From Bacteroidales bacterium (GTDB lineage: Bacteria; Bacteroidota; Bacteroidia; Bacteroidales; ML635J-15), in assembly GCA_017551515.1 (NCBI GenBank), contig JAFZLK010000022.1, forward strand, positions 12,532 through 76,531: DNA of 64,000 nucleotides. The letters are read 5' to 3'. Of the stretch, positions 10,409-21,199 are shown one piece after another. The position numbers were made by a program, and so were the translations under genes. The notes below the pieces were generated by a model. It saw only the letters and a program-made list of their open reading frames with translations, was not told where the DNA came from and did not search any database. Positions within the stretch are counted from its first letter, which is position 1. The number at the start of each line of letters is the position of its first letter.

Positions 10409-10980
10409 TTAGCATCGGCATAACAGGAATCATAGGTTCGGGGAAATCCATGCTAAGTCAGGTTTTCCGCTCAATGGATATACCAGTATATGATGCCGAT
10501 AGCAGAGCAAAATCGCTGATGAACAACGATTTTATTATACGGGCAAAGCTAATCCTTGAATTTGGTGACGACACATACATCAATGGAACAATCAACAAGG
10601 AATATCTCAGGAAAATAGTTTTCGGAAGCGAAGAAAACAGGAAAACTGTAAATTCAATAGTTCATCCTGCAGTAAAGAAAGACTTCATTGATTGGAGAAA
10701 TGCACAGAACTCCAATATAGTAGCAATCGAATCGGCAATAATATTTGATGCAAAACTCGAAGACATTCTCGACAGAATAATTTTCGTTGAAGCGCCAGAA
10801 GAAATCCTTGTAAAAAGAATTTGCTTGCGTGACAATGTTTCGGAAGAAATCGCACTTCAAAAAATAAGAATGCAAAAGGAAAATTCCGGCCGTGAAAGAT
10901 GCAATGCTATCTTCATAAACGACAGGAACCATTCGTTAATAGAACAAACAGAAACATACATTAACAATCTAAAACACTGA
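10405..10980 (+). CDS. coaE: Dephospho-CoA kinase
   Basis: IGITGIIGSGKS, VYDAD, IVHPAV, ESAI. Confidence 0.93.
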   Translation: MISIGITGIIGSGKSMLSQVFRSMDIPVYDADSRAKSLMNNDFIIRAKLILEFGDDTYINGTINKEYLRKIVFGSEENRKTVNSIVHPAVKKDFIDWRNAQNSNIVAIESAIIFDAKLEDILDRIIFVEAPEEILVKRICLRDNVSEEIALQKIRMQKENSGRERCNAIFINDRNHSLIEQTETYINNLKH

Positions 10981-10985
10981 CAATC

Positions 10986-11726
10986 ATGGGAAAATGGAAA
11001 TGGATACTTGGTGGCTTGACATGGGTACTTACCGGTCCTCTTGGCGGACTTATTGGCTTCTTCATCGGTTCGGCAATTGACGGACTAAGCGGTTCATCCG
11101 ATAACGAACAAGTGAAACCTAGCAATAGGACAAGGCGCACCGAAAAGGGAGACTTCATGGTGGTACTGCTCACTCTTTCGGCAGCAGTTATGAAAGCCGA
11201 CAACATTGTAAAGAAGAGCGAACTTGAATATGTAAAAGCTTTCCTCGTTCAGAACTTTGGTAAGGAAAAGACGCTCAAGGCATTGCAACTGCTAAAACCA
11301 ATGCTGAACGCAGAAATTCCACTCGATGATGTTTGCCGGCAGATAAGGTACAACATGAACAACTCGCTGAAGTTGCAACTTCTGCACTATCTTTTCGGCA
11401 TCGCTAACGCCGACAACGAAATTGTAAAGGAAGAACTTGATGTTTTAAAACGCATTGCAACAGGAATCGGCATCAGCGATTACGACTACAACTCCATAAA
11501 GTCGATGTTCATTGTTGTAGGCAAAGATTCTGATTACGAAATACTTGGAATTACAAAGGATGCAACAAACGAAGAAGTTAAGAAGGCATACAAGAAGATG
11601 GCTATGAAGCACCATCCCGACAAGGTTGCAGGCATGGGCGAAGAAGTCACACGCAAGGCAACCGAGAAATTCCAAGCTATAAACGAAGCCTACGAAAGGA
11701 TAAAGAAGGAAAGAAATATGGCTTAA
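10986..11726 (+). CDS. DjlA-like TerB + DnaJ-domain co-chaperone
   Basis: N-terminal glycine-rich TM, VMKAD TerB motif, C-terminal J domain with HHPDK. Confidence 0.88.
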   Translation: MGKWKWILGGLTWVLTGPLGGLIGFFIGSAIDGLSGSSDNEQVKPSNRTRRTEKGDFMVVLLTLSAAVMKADNIVKKSELEYVKAFLVQNFGKEKTLKALQLLKPMLNAEIPLDDVCRQIRYNMNNSLKLQLLHYLFGIANADNEIVKEELDVLKRIATGIGISDYDYNSIKSMFIVVGKDSDYEILGITKDATNEEVKKAYKKMAMKHHPDKVAGMGEEVTRKATEKFQAINEAYERIKKERNMA

Positions 11727-11730
11727 GCCG

Positions 11731-12798
11731 TCACTTTTTCTTCTTTTTTGGATTTTTTTGGACGCCAACATCTTTACGTCCACGCTTTACAGTCTCACTG
11801 GTACGCAAACGTTCTGCATTATCTTCACTCATCAAAACTTCATCTTCCTCAAATTCTGGCTCTCCTTTCTTACGCTTACCCGCATTGGGATTGTCAACAG
11901 GCTTACCGCCATATATGATGTTTTCGTACTTTATCGGACTTCCCCTAAAACTATTTTCGTGGAAAACTACATCCTTAACTTTCCCCACCCTACTTGTATT
12001 GCAGATAACAGTATCCAAAGCCTTGCACTCAGCAAAGGCATCAGCCGAAACCACCGTCCTCACCGACGACTCGACAAGCTTTGAAAATCCTACCATCTTT
12101 AGACTTCGACACGACATAAAAGCACCTTCCCCGACATTTCGCACCTGGTCATACAACAAAACCAACGACAATGCCCAACAGTTTGCAAAAGCCTCCTTGC
12201 CAATAGTCCGCACAGTCTTCGAAAAACGCACTGTTGTCAAAGACTTGCAACCTTCGAAAGCGTATGCACCAATATCCTTTAGTCCATTTGGCAAAACAAT
12301 GGACATTAGTCCACTTGCTCGAAACGCGCCATTGCTTATCGAAGTCAAGCCATTCGACAAGTAATAATTCCTTAAGTTAGTACAATTGCGGAAACAATCT
12401 GGTCCAAGACGCTTGATATTATCAAGAACTCTAACTACCGACAAATTAACACACCATCGGAATGCACTGCTGTCAATTATCTCAACTTCGTTCGGAATCG
12501 TAACGCAGGTAATGTTCCGACAACCATAAAATGCCTTGCTTCCTATCCTCTTAACTGGGTAATCTTTCCCATTTATTTTGATTTTACCAGCAATATCAAC
12601 CTTTGTCGGCGTTTCGTCATTATAATTCACATCTACATAAATTGATTTCTGCCCATCATCAAAAGCATACCTTATACCCCTGTAAATAAAATGCATTTGC
12701 AACGAATCGACAAACACAACATCGCCCACACTCGCCTGTGACATACTCTCAATAGCACACAACAGCGACAATGATAATATAAACAAGAAACGCTTCAT
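11731..12798 (-). CDS. BspA-type leucine-rich repeat (LRR_5) secreted protein
   Basis: Signal peptide; repeated I...AF..C..L motifs; charged Lys-rich tail. Start placed at ATG 12798. Confidence 0.8.
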   Translation of the reverse strand: MKRFLFILSLSLLCAIESMSQASVGDVVFVDSLQMHFIYRGIRYAFDDGQKSIYVDVNYNDETPTKVDIAGKIKINGKDYPVKRIGSKAFYGCRNITCVTIPNEVEIIDSSAFRWCVNLSVVRVLDNIKRLGPDCFRNCTNLRNYYLSNGLTSISNGAFRASGLMSIVLPNGLKDIGAYAFEGCKSLTTVRFSKTVRTIGKEAFANCWALSLVLLYDQVRNVGEGAFMSCRSLKMVGFSKLVESSVRTVVSADAFAECKALDTVICNTSRVGKVKDVVFHENSFRGSPIKYENIIYGGKPVDNPNAGKRKKGEPEFEEDEVLMSEDNAERLRTSETVKRGRKDVGVQKNPKKKKK

Positions 12799-12969
12799 TT
12801 TCAAAATTTTTAGGCAAAGTTAAGAAACATAATGGAAAAAACATAATGCACACCGACATTTTGCTGTTTAGTGCTGAGAACCCAACATTGTGCTGTTGAC
12901 AAAAAAAAGCGAACAGATTCACAAGTGAATAATATATAGGTATCTTTGTCAAAAAATATTTTATTAGAA

Positions 12970-14076
12970 ATGAGACATTTAGATTTTGATACATTGCATC
13001 TGTTCAGCGTTGAATCGTTGAAAAAGGCTGGAGTGCCAGAAAAAGATGCGGAAATAATAGCAGATGTACTCCTCGAAGCCGACAAACTCGGAATCGACTC
13101 ACACGGAATCAACCGACTGAAACCCATATATTTGGATAGAATCAAAGCAGGAATCGTAAATCCAGTTACCAAAGTTGACATTTTGCGCGAAAGTCCGACA
13201 ACCGCCCTACTTGACGCCAACAACGGCATGGGACATGTGGTTTCGAAACAGGCAATGCAAATGGCTATCGACAAGGCAAAGAAATTCGGTATGGGTATGG
13301 TGGCTGTTCGCAATAGCTCTCACTATGGAATCGCTGGGTACTACGGACTTATGGCAGCACGCGAAGGCATGATTGGTCTTACTGGCACAAACGCACGTCC
13401 ATCTATCGCTCCGACTTTCGGTGTTGAAAACATGCTCGGCACAAACCCATTGACATTCGTTATTCCAACCGATGAAGAATTTCCGTTCTTCCTCGACTGC
13501 GCGACATCGGTAAGCCAGCGTGGAAAATTCGAATACTACGCAAAAGTCGGCAAAGACCTGCCCAAAGGCTGGTGCATCGACCGCGAAGGCAACTCCAAGA
13601 CCAATTCGGTAGAAGTCCTCGAGGACCTCGTAAAAGGTCGCGCCGCTCTTGCTCCGCTTGGTGGCATTGGCGAAGAAACCGCAGGATACAAAGGTTACGG
13701 ATACGCAACGGTTGTGGAAATTTTGTCGTCGGCATTGCAATGCGGAGGATACATGAAGGCTCTCACCGGACTTGACGAGAACGGCAACAAAAAGCCATAC
13801 CGCCTCGGACATTTCTTCATTGCAATAAATGTTGAAACATTCCAGGACTTGGATGTTTTCAAGAAAAATGCAGGCAACTTGCTCCGCGACCTCCGCAATT
13901 CGCAGAAAATGCCTGGTCACAACAGAATATACACTGCTGGTGAAAAGGAATACGAAAACTTCTTAAACCGTCGCGAAAACGGAGTGCCTATCCCCGATTC
14001 ACTTTGGGAAGAAATGATTGGTGTAACAAAAGATTACAAACTCGACAAGTTCTACAGATTATTCGGTTTGGAATAA
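12970..14076 (+). CDS. Ldh_2 family (malate/L-lactate/sulfolactate type 2) oxidoreductase
   Basis: GIDSHG, RNSSHYG, LGTNPL, LDCATS, GYKGYG; probable start at ATG 12970. Confidence 0.88.
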   Translation: MRHLDFDTLHLFSVESLKKAGVPEKDAEIIADVLLEADKLGIDSHGINRLKPIYLDRIKAGIVNPVTKVDILRESPTTALLDANNGMGHVVSKQAMQMAIDKAKKFGMGMVAVRNSSHYGIAGYYGLMAAREGMIGLTGTNARPSIAPTFGVENMLGTNPLTFVIPTDEEFPFFLDCATSVSQRGKFEYYAKVGKDLPKGWCIDREGNSKTNSVEVLEDLVKGRAALAPLGGIGEETAGYKGYGYATVVEILSSALQCGGYMKALTGLDENGNKKPYRLGHFFIAINVETFQDLDVFKKNAGNLLRDLRNSQKMPGHNRIYTAGEKEYENFLNRRENGVPIPDSLWEEMIGVTKDYKLDKFYRLFGLE

Positions 14077-14090
14077 ACGCAAATAATAAC

Positions 14091-14118
14091 AAAAAAGCAC
14101 CGATTGGGTGCTTTTTTT
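14091..14118 (+). terminator. Intrinsic terminator
   Basis: AAAAAAGCACC-GATTG-GGTGCTTTTTTT. Confidence 0.8.
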
Positions 14119-14189
14119 ATATTGCTATCCATTATCCTATCTCAATTATAATTATTACTTTTGTCGCACATAAAAATATCATATCGAAG

Positions 14190-16679
14190 ATGAAACCTAT
14201 AGTAAAGAACATTCTGACTCACGCTGGGATCGTGATATTATTCTTTTTGATTTCCATTCTATTTTTCGACAAGCTTGTCACCACAAACAAAGTCCTCAGC
14301 CAAGGCGATGACCGCAACTGGATGGGAATGGTCAAGGAGCAGAAAGATTTTCTGGCAGAAACTGGAATATACACCCACTGGAACAGTGCAATGTTCTGCG
14401 GAATGCCAACCTACCAGATAACCAACAAACCTCAGGATTCAATCTTCAGGATAAAGGATATAATCGACCTCGACTGGATTGGATGGTCAAAAAATATAGG
14501 TATCATATTCCTATACCTAATTGGATTTTACATATGCCTTGTTGCTTTAGGTGTCAATCCGTGGCTAAGTCTAATCGGAGCATTGGCATTCGGGCTTGGA
14601 AGTTACAATATAATAATAATCGAGGCGGGACATTTATCGAAAGCATGGGCTTTGGCTATGGTCGCACCAATATTTAGCGGTATAATACTGACTCTCAAGA
14701 AGAAATATATCTGGGGCGGAATACTTTTCACTTTTGCGCTCGGTGCACAAATTGGATTCAACCACCTGCAAATCACTTACTACACTCTGCTTTCAGTAAT
14801 AATACTCGGATTGGTTTACCTTATCTACACGATAAAGGACAAGACATTCAAACAGTTCGGAACAGCAATATGCATACTCATAGTAGGCGCAATATTTGCA
14901 GTCGGTGGCAATGCCAGACTACTGATGACTAGTTACGAATATTCAAAATACACTATGCGCGGTGGTTCGGAAATAACTGTTACACCAGAATCACTGTCGG
15001 GCGACATAGAACACTCGCAGGACAAAAACAAGGTTGGACTTAACAAGGATTACGCCTTCGCTTGGAGCTACGGAATTGGCGAGACCTACACTCTGCTTGT
15101 CCCTGGTAGTTTTGGCGGTGGTTCAAACGAACCAGTTGACAAGTCAACCGAAACATACAAGAACTTCAAAATCAAAAATGCGCCACTCTACTGGGGCGAC
15201 CAGCCATTCACATCAGGACCTGTTTATTTCGGTGCGATAATAGTTTTCCTTTTCTTCCTCGGACTTTTCATTGTAAAAGGACCTGAACGTTGGTGGCTGC
15301 TTGGAATAACAATCATGGCAATAATACTTTCGTGGGGAAAGAACTTGATGGGACTTAATGGATTCCTTTTCGACTATCTGCCAGGATATAACAAATTCCG
15401 TACACCGTCAATGAGCCTTGTCATTGCAAATGTTGCAATGGTAATGATGGCAATACTCGCTCTGAAAAACATATTCAGCAACGAAATCGACAATAAAAAA
15501 CTTAAAGTCGCTTTGTACGCATCAACAGGAATCACATGCGGATTGATACTTGTCGTATTGATTATGTCGGGTTCGTTCTCATTTTCAGGTGCGGTTGACG
15601 AGCAAATGGCAGCACAATACGGTGACAACTGGCCAAGAATCCAAGAAATATTCATTCAGGACAGGCAGGATTTGTTTAGTACAGATTCATGGAGGTCGAT
15701 AATATTGATACTGCTATCGGCTATAACATTGTTCATCGCAATAAGTTTCAAGGAAAAGAAACAGAAAGTTACATTTGCCGTCACAACCGCAGTTATCGCA
15801 TTGCTTGTCGTTTTCGACCTCTGGTCTGTTGACCGTCGTTACCTCAACGACGACAGTTATGTCTCGAAAAAAGAAGTACAACTCAATCCGACAAAAGACG
15901 ACAATACAATAGACCAATATGCAGAGCGTTTCGGTGACAAGGATTTCCGTGTTATGAACCTTGCAACCAGCACATTCAACGATTCGCGTACATCGGCATT
16001 CCACCACTCTATTGGCGGATACCACGGAGCAAAACTTCGTCGCTATCAAGACCTCATCGACTTCTACATGACGCGCGAACTGAACATGAATGTAATCAAT
16101 ATGCTGAACTCCCGCTATTTCATCGTTCCTGACCAGCAAGGTTCGACTATGGTACAACGCAATCCTGCCGCACTCGGAAGCGCATGGTTTGTGGATGGTT
16201 GTCAACTTGTTGACGATGCAAATGCAGAAATTCTTGCACTCAACAACTTTAATCCTTCCGACACTGCAATCATCGATAAGAGGTTCGCAAATTTTGTTGA
16301 TGGCAAAAATCTATCACGCGACACTACCGCCGTCATCGAAATGACACACCAGAAGCCATACAACCCCGACCATCTGATATACAGCACAATGTCCAATAAA
16401 GAACAATTGGCAATCTTCTCTGAAGTTTACTATGCTCCTGACTGGAAAGCATACATCGACGGCCAACCTGCAGAATATTTCCGTGCAAACTACATACTTC
16501 GCGCAATGGTCATCCCTGCAGGCCAGCACAAAATTGAGTTTATAAACGAAGCACCAATGTTCAAGGTCTGGGATATTGTTTCAATTGCATTCTCGGCACT
16601 GCTTGCAATTATCATAGCAGGAATCTTTTTCTTGAAATACAGGAAAGAAAAAGCACAGAAAATTGCAGTCAAAGCATAA
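14190..16679 (+). CDS. YfhO family membrane protein (GT-C-type glycosyltransferase-like)
   Basis: WNSAMFCGMPTYQ, HLQITYY, YWGDQPFTSGPVYFG, SIGGYHGAKLRRYQ, FSEVYY..W.A.IDG, ANYILRA. Start at ATG 14190, downstream of the terminator and a TACTTTTG box. Confidence 0.9.
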   Translation: MKPIVKNILTHAGIVILFFLISILFFDKLVTTNKVLSQGDDRNWMGMVKEQKDFLAETGIYTHWNSAMFCGMPTYQITNKPQDSIFRIKDIIDLDWIGWSKNIGIIFLYLIGFYICLVALGVNPWLSLIGALAFGLGSYNIIIIEAGHLSKAWALAMVAPIFSGIILTLKKKYIWGGILFTFALGAQIGFNHLQITYYTLLSVIILGLVYLIYTIKDKTFKQFGTAICILIVGAIFAVGGNARLLMTSYEYSKYTMRGGSEITVTPESLSGDIEHSQDKNKVGLNKDYAFAWSYGIGETYTLLVPGSFGGGSNEPVDKSTETYKNFKIKNAPLYWGDQPFTSGPVYFGAIIVFLFFLGLFIVKGPERWWLLGITIMAIILSWGKNLMGLNGFLFDYLPGYNKFRTPSMSLVIANVAMVMMAILALKNIFSNEIDNKKLKVALYASTGITCGLILVVLIMSGSFSFSGAVDEQMAAQYGDNWPRIQEIFIQDRQDLFSTDSWRSIILILLSAITLFIAISFKEKKQKVTFAVTTAVIALLVVFDLWSVDRRYLNDDSYVSKKEVQLNPTKDDNTIDQYAERFGDKDFRVMNLATSTFNDSRTSAFHHSIGGYHGAKLRRYQDLIDFYMTRELNMNVINMLNSRYFIVPDQQGSTMVQRNPAALGSAWFVDGCQLVDDANAEILALNNFNPSDTAIIDKRFANFVDGKNLSRDTTAVIEMTHQKPYNPDHLIYSTMSNKEQLAIFSEVYYAPDWKAYIDGQPAEYFRANYILRAMVIPAGQHKIEFINEAPMFKVWDIVSIAFSALLAIIIAGIFFLKYRKEKAQKIAVKA

Positions 16680-16685
16680 AGGGAA

Positions 16686-17585
16686 ATGATTTCTGTAATC
16701 GTCTGCACATACAATCGCGACAAGTATCTGTACGATGCATTGTCGCGTATTGCCGAAAACAACTACCCTGTCGACGATTACGAAATCATCCTTGTAAACA
16801 ACAACAGTACCGACAACACACTTACCGAAGCTGATAGGTTCAAGTATGACTATCCCAATGTAAACATCAAGATTGTAACAGAACTACAGAACGGCCTTTC
16901 GCAAGCACGCAACCGAGGCATAGAAGAAAGCAAAGGCGAGTTCCTCGTTTTTCTCGACGACGACACAACTGTAAGTAACAACTACCTGCACAACATAAAC
17001 GAAAACATAAAACGCCATCCCGATGCCACTGCTTTCGGAGGCAAGGTTGTTCCAATTTTCGAGACAGGAATACCAAAGTGGGTATCTTGCTGGACAATGC
17101 CCATGTTCGCAGTAACTGACAAAGGCGAAGGAACGGGAATTTTCAAGGGTATGTCGTACCCTGTAGGAGCAAATATGGGAGTAAAACGTACTGCATTTGA
17201 GAAATACGGAACATTCGACACGCAACTTGGCAGGAAATGGAATCTGCTTCTTGGCGGAGAGGAGAAAGATTTCTTCTATCGACTAAAAGCCGACAAACAA
17301 AAAATATACTATTTCGGAAACATTGACGTTGAACACCTCATACCTGCATCAAGAACGACTTACGATTACATAAGAAACATAGGGATTGGAATTGGCATAA
17401 GCGAACGAATCAGATACAAAAAGAAAAATTCGGCAAGAGTGTTCACAAAGGCAATATGGGAAATCGTCAAAAACTGCGGTTCGCTATTGTTATGGGCATA
17501 CTACGCAATAAGTTTTCGCCCAGCAAAAGGAAAGGCAATAATGATTCTCCGAAAAAATGTCGTTGCCGGATTTTTGAGAAAATAA
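16686..17585 (+). CDS. Glycosyltransferase family 2
   Basis: ISVIVCTYNR, NNNSTD, GLSQARNRG, FLDDD, GANM, GGEEKD. Confidence 0.93.
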   Translation: MISVIVCTYNRDKYLYDALSRIAENNYPVDDYEIILVNNNSTDNTLTEADRFKYDYPNVNIKIVTELQNGLSQARNRGIEESKGEFLVFLDDDTTVSNNYLHNINENIKRHPDATAFGGKVVPIFETGIPKWVSCWTMPMFAVTDKGEGTGIFKGMSYPVGANMGVKRTAFEKYGTFDTQLGRKWNLLLGGEEKDFFYRLKADKQKIYYFGNIDVEHLIPASRTTYDYIRNIGIGIGISERIRYKKKNSARVFTKAIWEIVKNCGSLLLWAYYAISFRPAKGKAIMILRKNVVAGFLRK

Positions 17586-17595
17586 CAAGAAACAA

Positions 17596-18831
17596 TTATT
17601 TCAGTCTTTCTGCCAGCATAAACGCATCATGCATATTGTCCTCAAGCGAACAATACTTCCACTCGCCATAACGTCCGATTGAATAAACACCATGACTATT
17701 CAAAAATTCCATTTTTTCAGTCTTGTCTGCTTCCGACTGCCGTGTAATGTGAACATATGCAGGATTCATTGTCACACACTCATAATCAACAACTTGTTCT
17801 TCTGCGACTATTCCAGCCTTCTTCAAATCGGCAAGAACTCGCTGATACAACTGCTTTTCATCAACTGCTTCGTCGTGTGCAAAGCCAACTTCCACATACA
17901 ACGACATCTTGTCTAATCCGATGATATTATCATAGAAACCAACGCGATAGAAAACAATGTCCTTGTCTGGGAAATATATCCAGTTGTTTTTCGTATCGGC
18001 ACCTTTCTTATCGAAGCCAATATTGAACACAACAACTTTGTTGCACGAATACACCTTTCTATCGTATGGCACTTGTGCCATATCGAGCAGACGAGGAAAA
18101 GGAACCGTAGAAATCAAATTGTCGTAATGTATTGTTCGCTTGTTGGTTACTGCTATTTTTTTCTCAATATCAATAGAGATGAGTTGTTCATTCAAAGCAA
18201 TTTTATTAGCATCCACTCTTGATGCTACCGACTCAACAACCTTTATCACGCCCTTTTTAGGATACAAGAAAAACGAATTGTACGATAGATTTTTGGAATT
18301 CCTGAAATTCAAAATTATCTGCTCCTTGTCGGCGTATGGGAAAAAACGCCCCATTGCGTCAACATCAAGGTTGTTAAGGTCGGTTGCGTACAACTTTTCA
18401 TTGTATGGAATCAGAAATTTTTCGGCGATGGACTTTCCGAATTTTGCATAAAGCATTTCCTTGAACGAACTGACATTGCCATCCAGCTTTACCGCAAAAA
18501 GGTCGTATAGGCAATCAATAAATTCTTCCTTTTCAAGTTGATGGATATTCATTTGGAAAGGATAATCCACAAGGCGACCTTTGTAATATATCTGAGTGAA
18601 CTTATTTACAGTAAGAACTTCTTCTTTCTGCAACCTTTCCATCACATAATCTCTTATTTCAGAATGCTGAAAATGGAAAAAATGCCCAGAAAAATCCCAA
18701 ACATAGTCGCCGGAATAATGTGTACGACAATACCCTCCTATTTCGCTTTCCTTTTCTACGACAATATAATCGTTTGATGTCCTTGCCGCGTATGTAAGTC
18801 CTGTGATTCCCGCTCCAATTATTAAATCCAT
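17596..18831 (-). CDS. FAD-dependent oxidoreductase of polysaccharide loci (UDP-galactopyranose mutase/protoporphyrinogen oxidase-like)
   Basis: IIGAGITG, EK...GGYCRT, WDFSGHFFH, PYNEK, GRYGEWKY. Confidence 0.75.
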   Translation of the reverse strand: MDLIIGAGITGLTYAARTSNDYIVVEKESEIGGYCRTHYSGDYVWDFSGHFFHFQHSEIRDYVMERLQKEEVLTVNKFTQIYYKGRLVDYPFQMNIHQLEKEEFIDCLYDLFAVKLDGNVSSFKEMLYAKFGKSIAEKFLIPYNEKLYATDLNNLDVDAMGRFFPYADKEQIILNFRNSKNLSYNSFFLYPKKGVIKVVESVASRVDANKIALNEQLISIDIEKKIAVTNKRTIHYDNLISTVPFPRLLDMAQVPYDRKVYSCNKVVVFNIGFDKKGADTKNNWIYFPDKDIVFYRVGFYDNIIGLDKMSLYVEVGFAHDEAVDEKQLYQRVLADLKKAGIVAEEQVVDYECVTMNPAYVHITRQSEADKTEKMEFLNSHGVYSIGRYGEWKYCSLEDNMHDAFMLAERLK

Positions 18832-18850
18832 ACTACTTTCCCGTTATAAT

Positions 18851-19858
18851 TTAAACGACATACTCCTTGCGCCTCGAGTAATACTTTATGAACATCACCG
18901 CTAATCGTGGAAATGTCCTGATAAATGACATCAATGCGCGCAATTTGAAATTTGATTTATAGAAGCGATTCGACTTATAATCAGGTATCAATTTCAGCAA
19001 TTCGCTATATATGGAAGCAATTGTTTCTCTATTAGGTTCAGTCGAATTTGTCACATAATTGAACACCGTTGACAAATATCCCTTCTTGATATACATGAAA
19101 TCAACCTCTTGTTTGAACTTATCGTAAACGCCATTTTGCTTGGAAAATTCAAGCAATTTGCTGAAAACTGCCAATCGCTTCTGGTACTTGGAACTATCCT
19201 TTGTCGTACATACCGAACCCGGACGAATCAAATAAAGATAAAACGGCTCATCAACATACGAAATTGACTTTGCCAACATCAGCACGCACGAAACAAAATA
19301 ACTGTCGTCGGCACTTCGTTCTTCAGGAAAACGAATGCTATACTGGTCTATCAAAGTCTTTCTGTATATGAGCGAAGTGAACTGCGATACATAGTGAGTA
19401 AGGAAATACGAACGCTTTTCATCGGAAACAATGCCATTACCAATAAAAGGATTCTTCAGTATATCGCCACGACGCCCATCGGGATAAACCTTTTGCATCT
19501 GACAGCAACACAAGTCACTGTCATACTTTTTTGCTTCGGCATACATCCGCTCGAACATATCATTTTCAATCCAGTCGTCGCTATCGACGAAAGCAATGTA
19601 TTCTCCTTTTGCGTGAGGAATTGCAAAATTTCGCGCCATTCCTGCGCCCAAGTTGTGCTCAGGTTTAAGAAAAACAAACTGATTCTTGCGGGGATGGTCG
19701 GCGATCATATTCTGCACTAGTTCGATGCTATTGTCTGGACCGTGGTCATCCACAAATATGAACTCCATATCATCCAAAGTCTGCGCAAGCAGCGTTGCAG
19801 TACATTTTTCTATATATTGAGCAACCCCATAAACGGGCAAAATTACCGAGACCTTCAT
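18851..19858 (-). CDS. Glycosyltransferase family 2
   Basis: KVSVILPVY, FVDD, ARN, GEYIAFVDSDD. Confidence 0.93.
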   Translation of the reverse strand: MKVSVILPVYGVAQYIEKCTATLLAQTLDDMEFIFVDDHGPDNSIELVQNMIADHPRKNQFVFLKPEHNLGAGMARNFAIPHAKGEYIAFVDSDDWIENDMFERMYAEAKKYDSDLCCCQMQKVYPDGRRGDILKNPFIGNGIVSDEKRSYFLTHYVSQFTSLIYRKTLIDQYSIRFPEERSADDSYFVSCVLMLAKSISYVDEPFYLYLIRPGSVCTTKDSSKYQKRLAVFSKLLEFSKQNGVYDKFKQEVDFMYIKKGYLSTVFNYVTNSTEPNRETIASIYSELLKLIPDYKSNRFYKSNFKLRALMSFIRTFPRLAVMFIKYYSRRKEYVV

Positions 19859-21189
19859 TTTTTATTCCCTGATATTGCGTTATCTATATAATCAAATATT
19901 TTCTGCGACGGCATTCTCCTATCCCTTGCAAGCAATTCGTTGTAATGCCTACTGCGCATCTCTTTCTTATTGTCTATTCCGTTGATTACATTCTGTACAA
20001 ACCGCTCTATATCCTGCTCACTATGGGCTTGCTCGTGGCAATGGAACGATTTGATTCCTACCGCATTAAACTTTGATTCAATTACGTTTGCATCCTTTAC
20101 AAGAAACAATACAGGTTTGTTCAGGTATATGTATTCGGAAGTAAAACTACAGCAGTCGTGAATCATGGCATCGGAAGTAAAGAACCAGTCGCTATACTCG
20201 CCAAGTTCCACCTGCGTATTTGTCATTGTCTCCCATTGACGGTAATATTCCGCAGTTTTCTCTTCACCCCAAAGTTTGCACAACTTAAACCACAGCAAAT
20301 GGTGTGGTTTGAAAAGGAACTGCACATCATCTTTGTACTTTTGTGCCAGCTGCAACATAAAATCGTGATATTCAAGGAATGTAGCGATATTAAGGTTATC
20401 ATCGAAAGAATGATGCGGAGCCCAAATTATCCGCTTCATCGGTTTTTCTATACGTTTCCAATTATCCTTCGGAATATAATCTGCATCTAAGTATATATCT
20501 GCAGCGACATAACCTGTAACGACCATGTTTTCTCCTTTTGACACCGCATATTCAGCACCAAGTTCCATGTTTTTTTCAGTTTCCACAAAATAGGTCCACA
20601 AAATCTGATGCAAAGGCAACTTGTAACTTAGAACCGGCAAATCCGTTGTGGAAAAACCATAATGATTGTAACATGTCAGCTTATCCCTGAATTTGTATAT
20701 ATAATATTGTGGCGGCATATCCTTGTACGGGACAGTGTAGAAAATAATATCAGGATTATACAACTTTCTTACATCCAACCACTTCTTTTTATTTTCATCG
20801 TATGGGATAACATATTCAAAACCCTTGTCCTTCATAAGTTGCTCTGTTCTACGAAGTGTTGTAGCAATATCATCGCTATCAAAATCCTTGAACCAACTAT
20901 ATGGACATATTACTACAAACGGATGATAGCGTTTGTTGTCGCGAAACATGCGAAAAAGGTAGTCAAATTTCCAAATTCCTGGCATTGTTAGAAAAAAGCA
21001 AACCTCTATACGAGACTTATTTCTCAGCTTTTCTATTGTTGCATTCTGCTCGCGCCGGCACTTTGCAATATATCGTCTCATGACCGACGGAAAACGACAG
21101 CGCAAAAAATCTCGGTACGCCAACTGTTCCCTAATTGCATATTTCAGAGATACTGGGAAAAATTTTTCTTTGAGCTTTCTAATCCACAT
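19855..21189 (-). CDS. CDP-glycerol glycerophosphotransferase (TagF-like) family protein
   Basis: PDIIFY..PY, IIWAPHH, FKPH, SDAMIHDC.SF..EY...KP. Confidence 0.8.
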   Translation of the reverse strand: MWIRKLKEKFFPVSLKYAIREQLAYRDFLRCRFPSVMRRYIAKCRREQNATIEKLRNKSRIEVCFFLTMPGIWKFDYLFRMFRDNKRYHPFVVICPYSWFKDFDSDDIATTLRRTEQLMKDKGFEYVIPYDENKKKWLDVRKLYNPDIIFYTVPYKDMPPQYYIYKFRDKLTCYNHYGFSTTDLPVLSYKLPLHQILWTYFVETEKNMELGAEYAVSKGENMVVTGYVAADIYLDADYIPKDNWKRIEKPMKRIIWAPHHSFDDNLNIATFLEYHDFMLQLAQKYKDDVQFLFKPHHLLWFKLCKLWGEEKTAEYYRQWETMTNTQVELGEYSDWFFTSDAMIHDCCSFTSEYIYLNKPVLFLVKDANVIESKFNAVGIKSFHCHEQAHSEQDIERFVQNVINGIDNKKEMRSRHYNELLARDRRMPSQKIFDYIDNAISGNKK

Positions 21190-21199
21190 AACAGTCCCA

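Noticed and set aside
14004-14189. N-terminal extension of the YfhO ORF
   Set aside because: It overlaps the upstream gene, its terminator and the promoter box; ATG 14190 is the more plausible start
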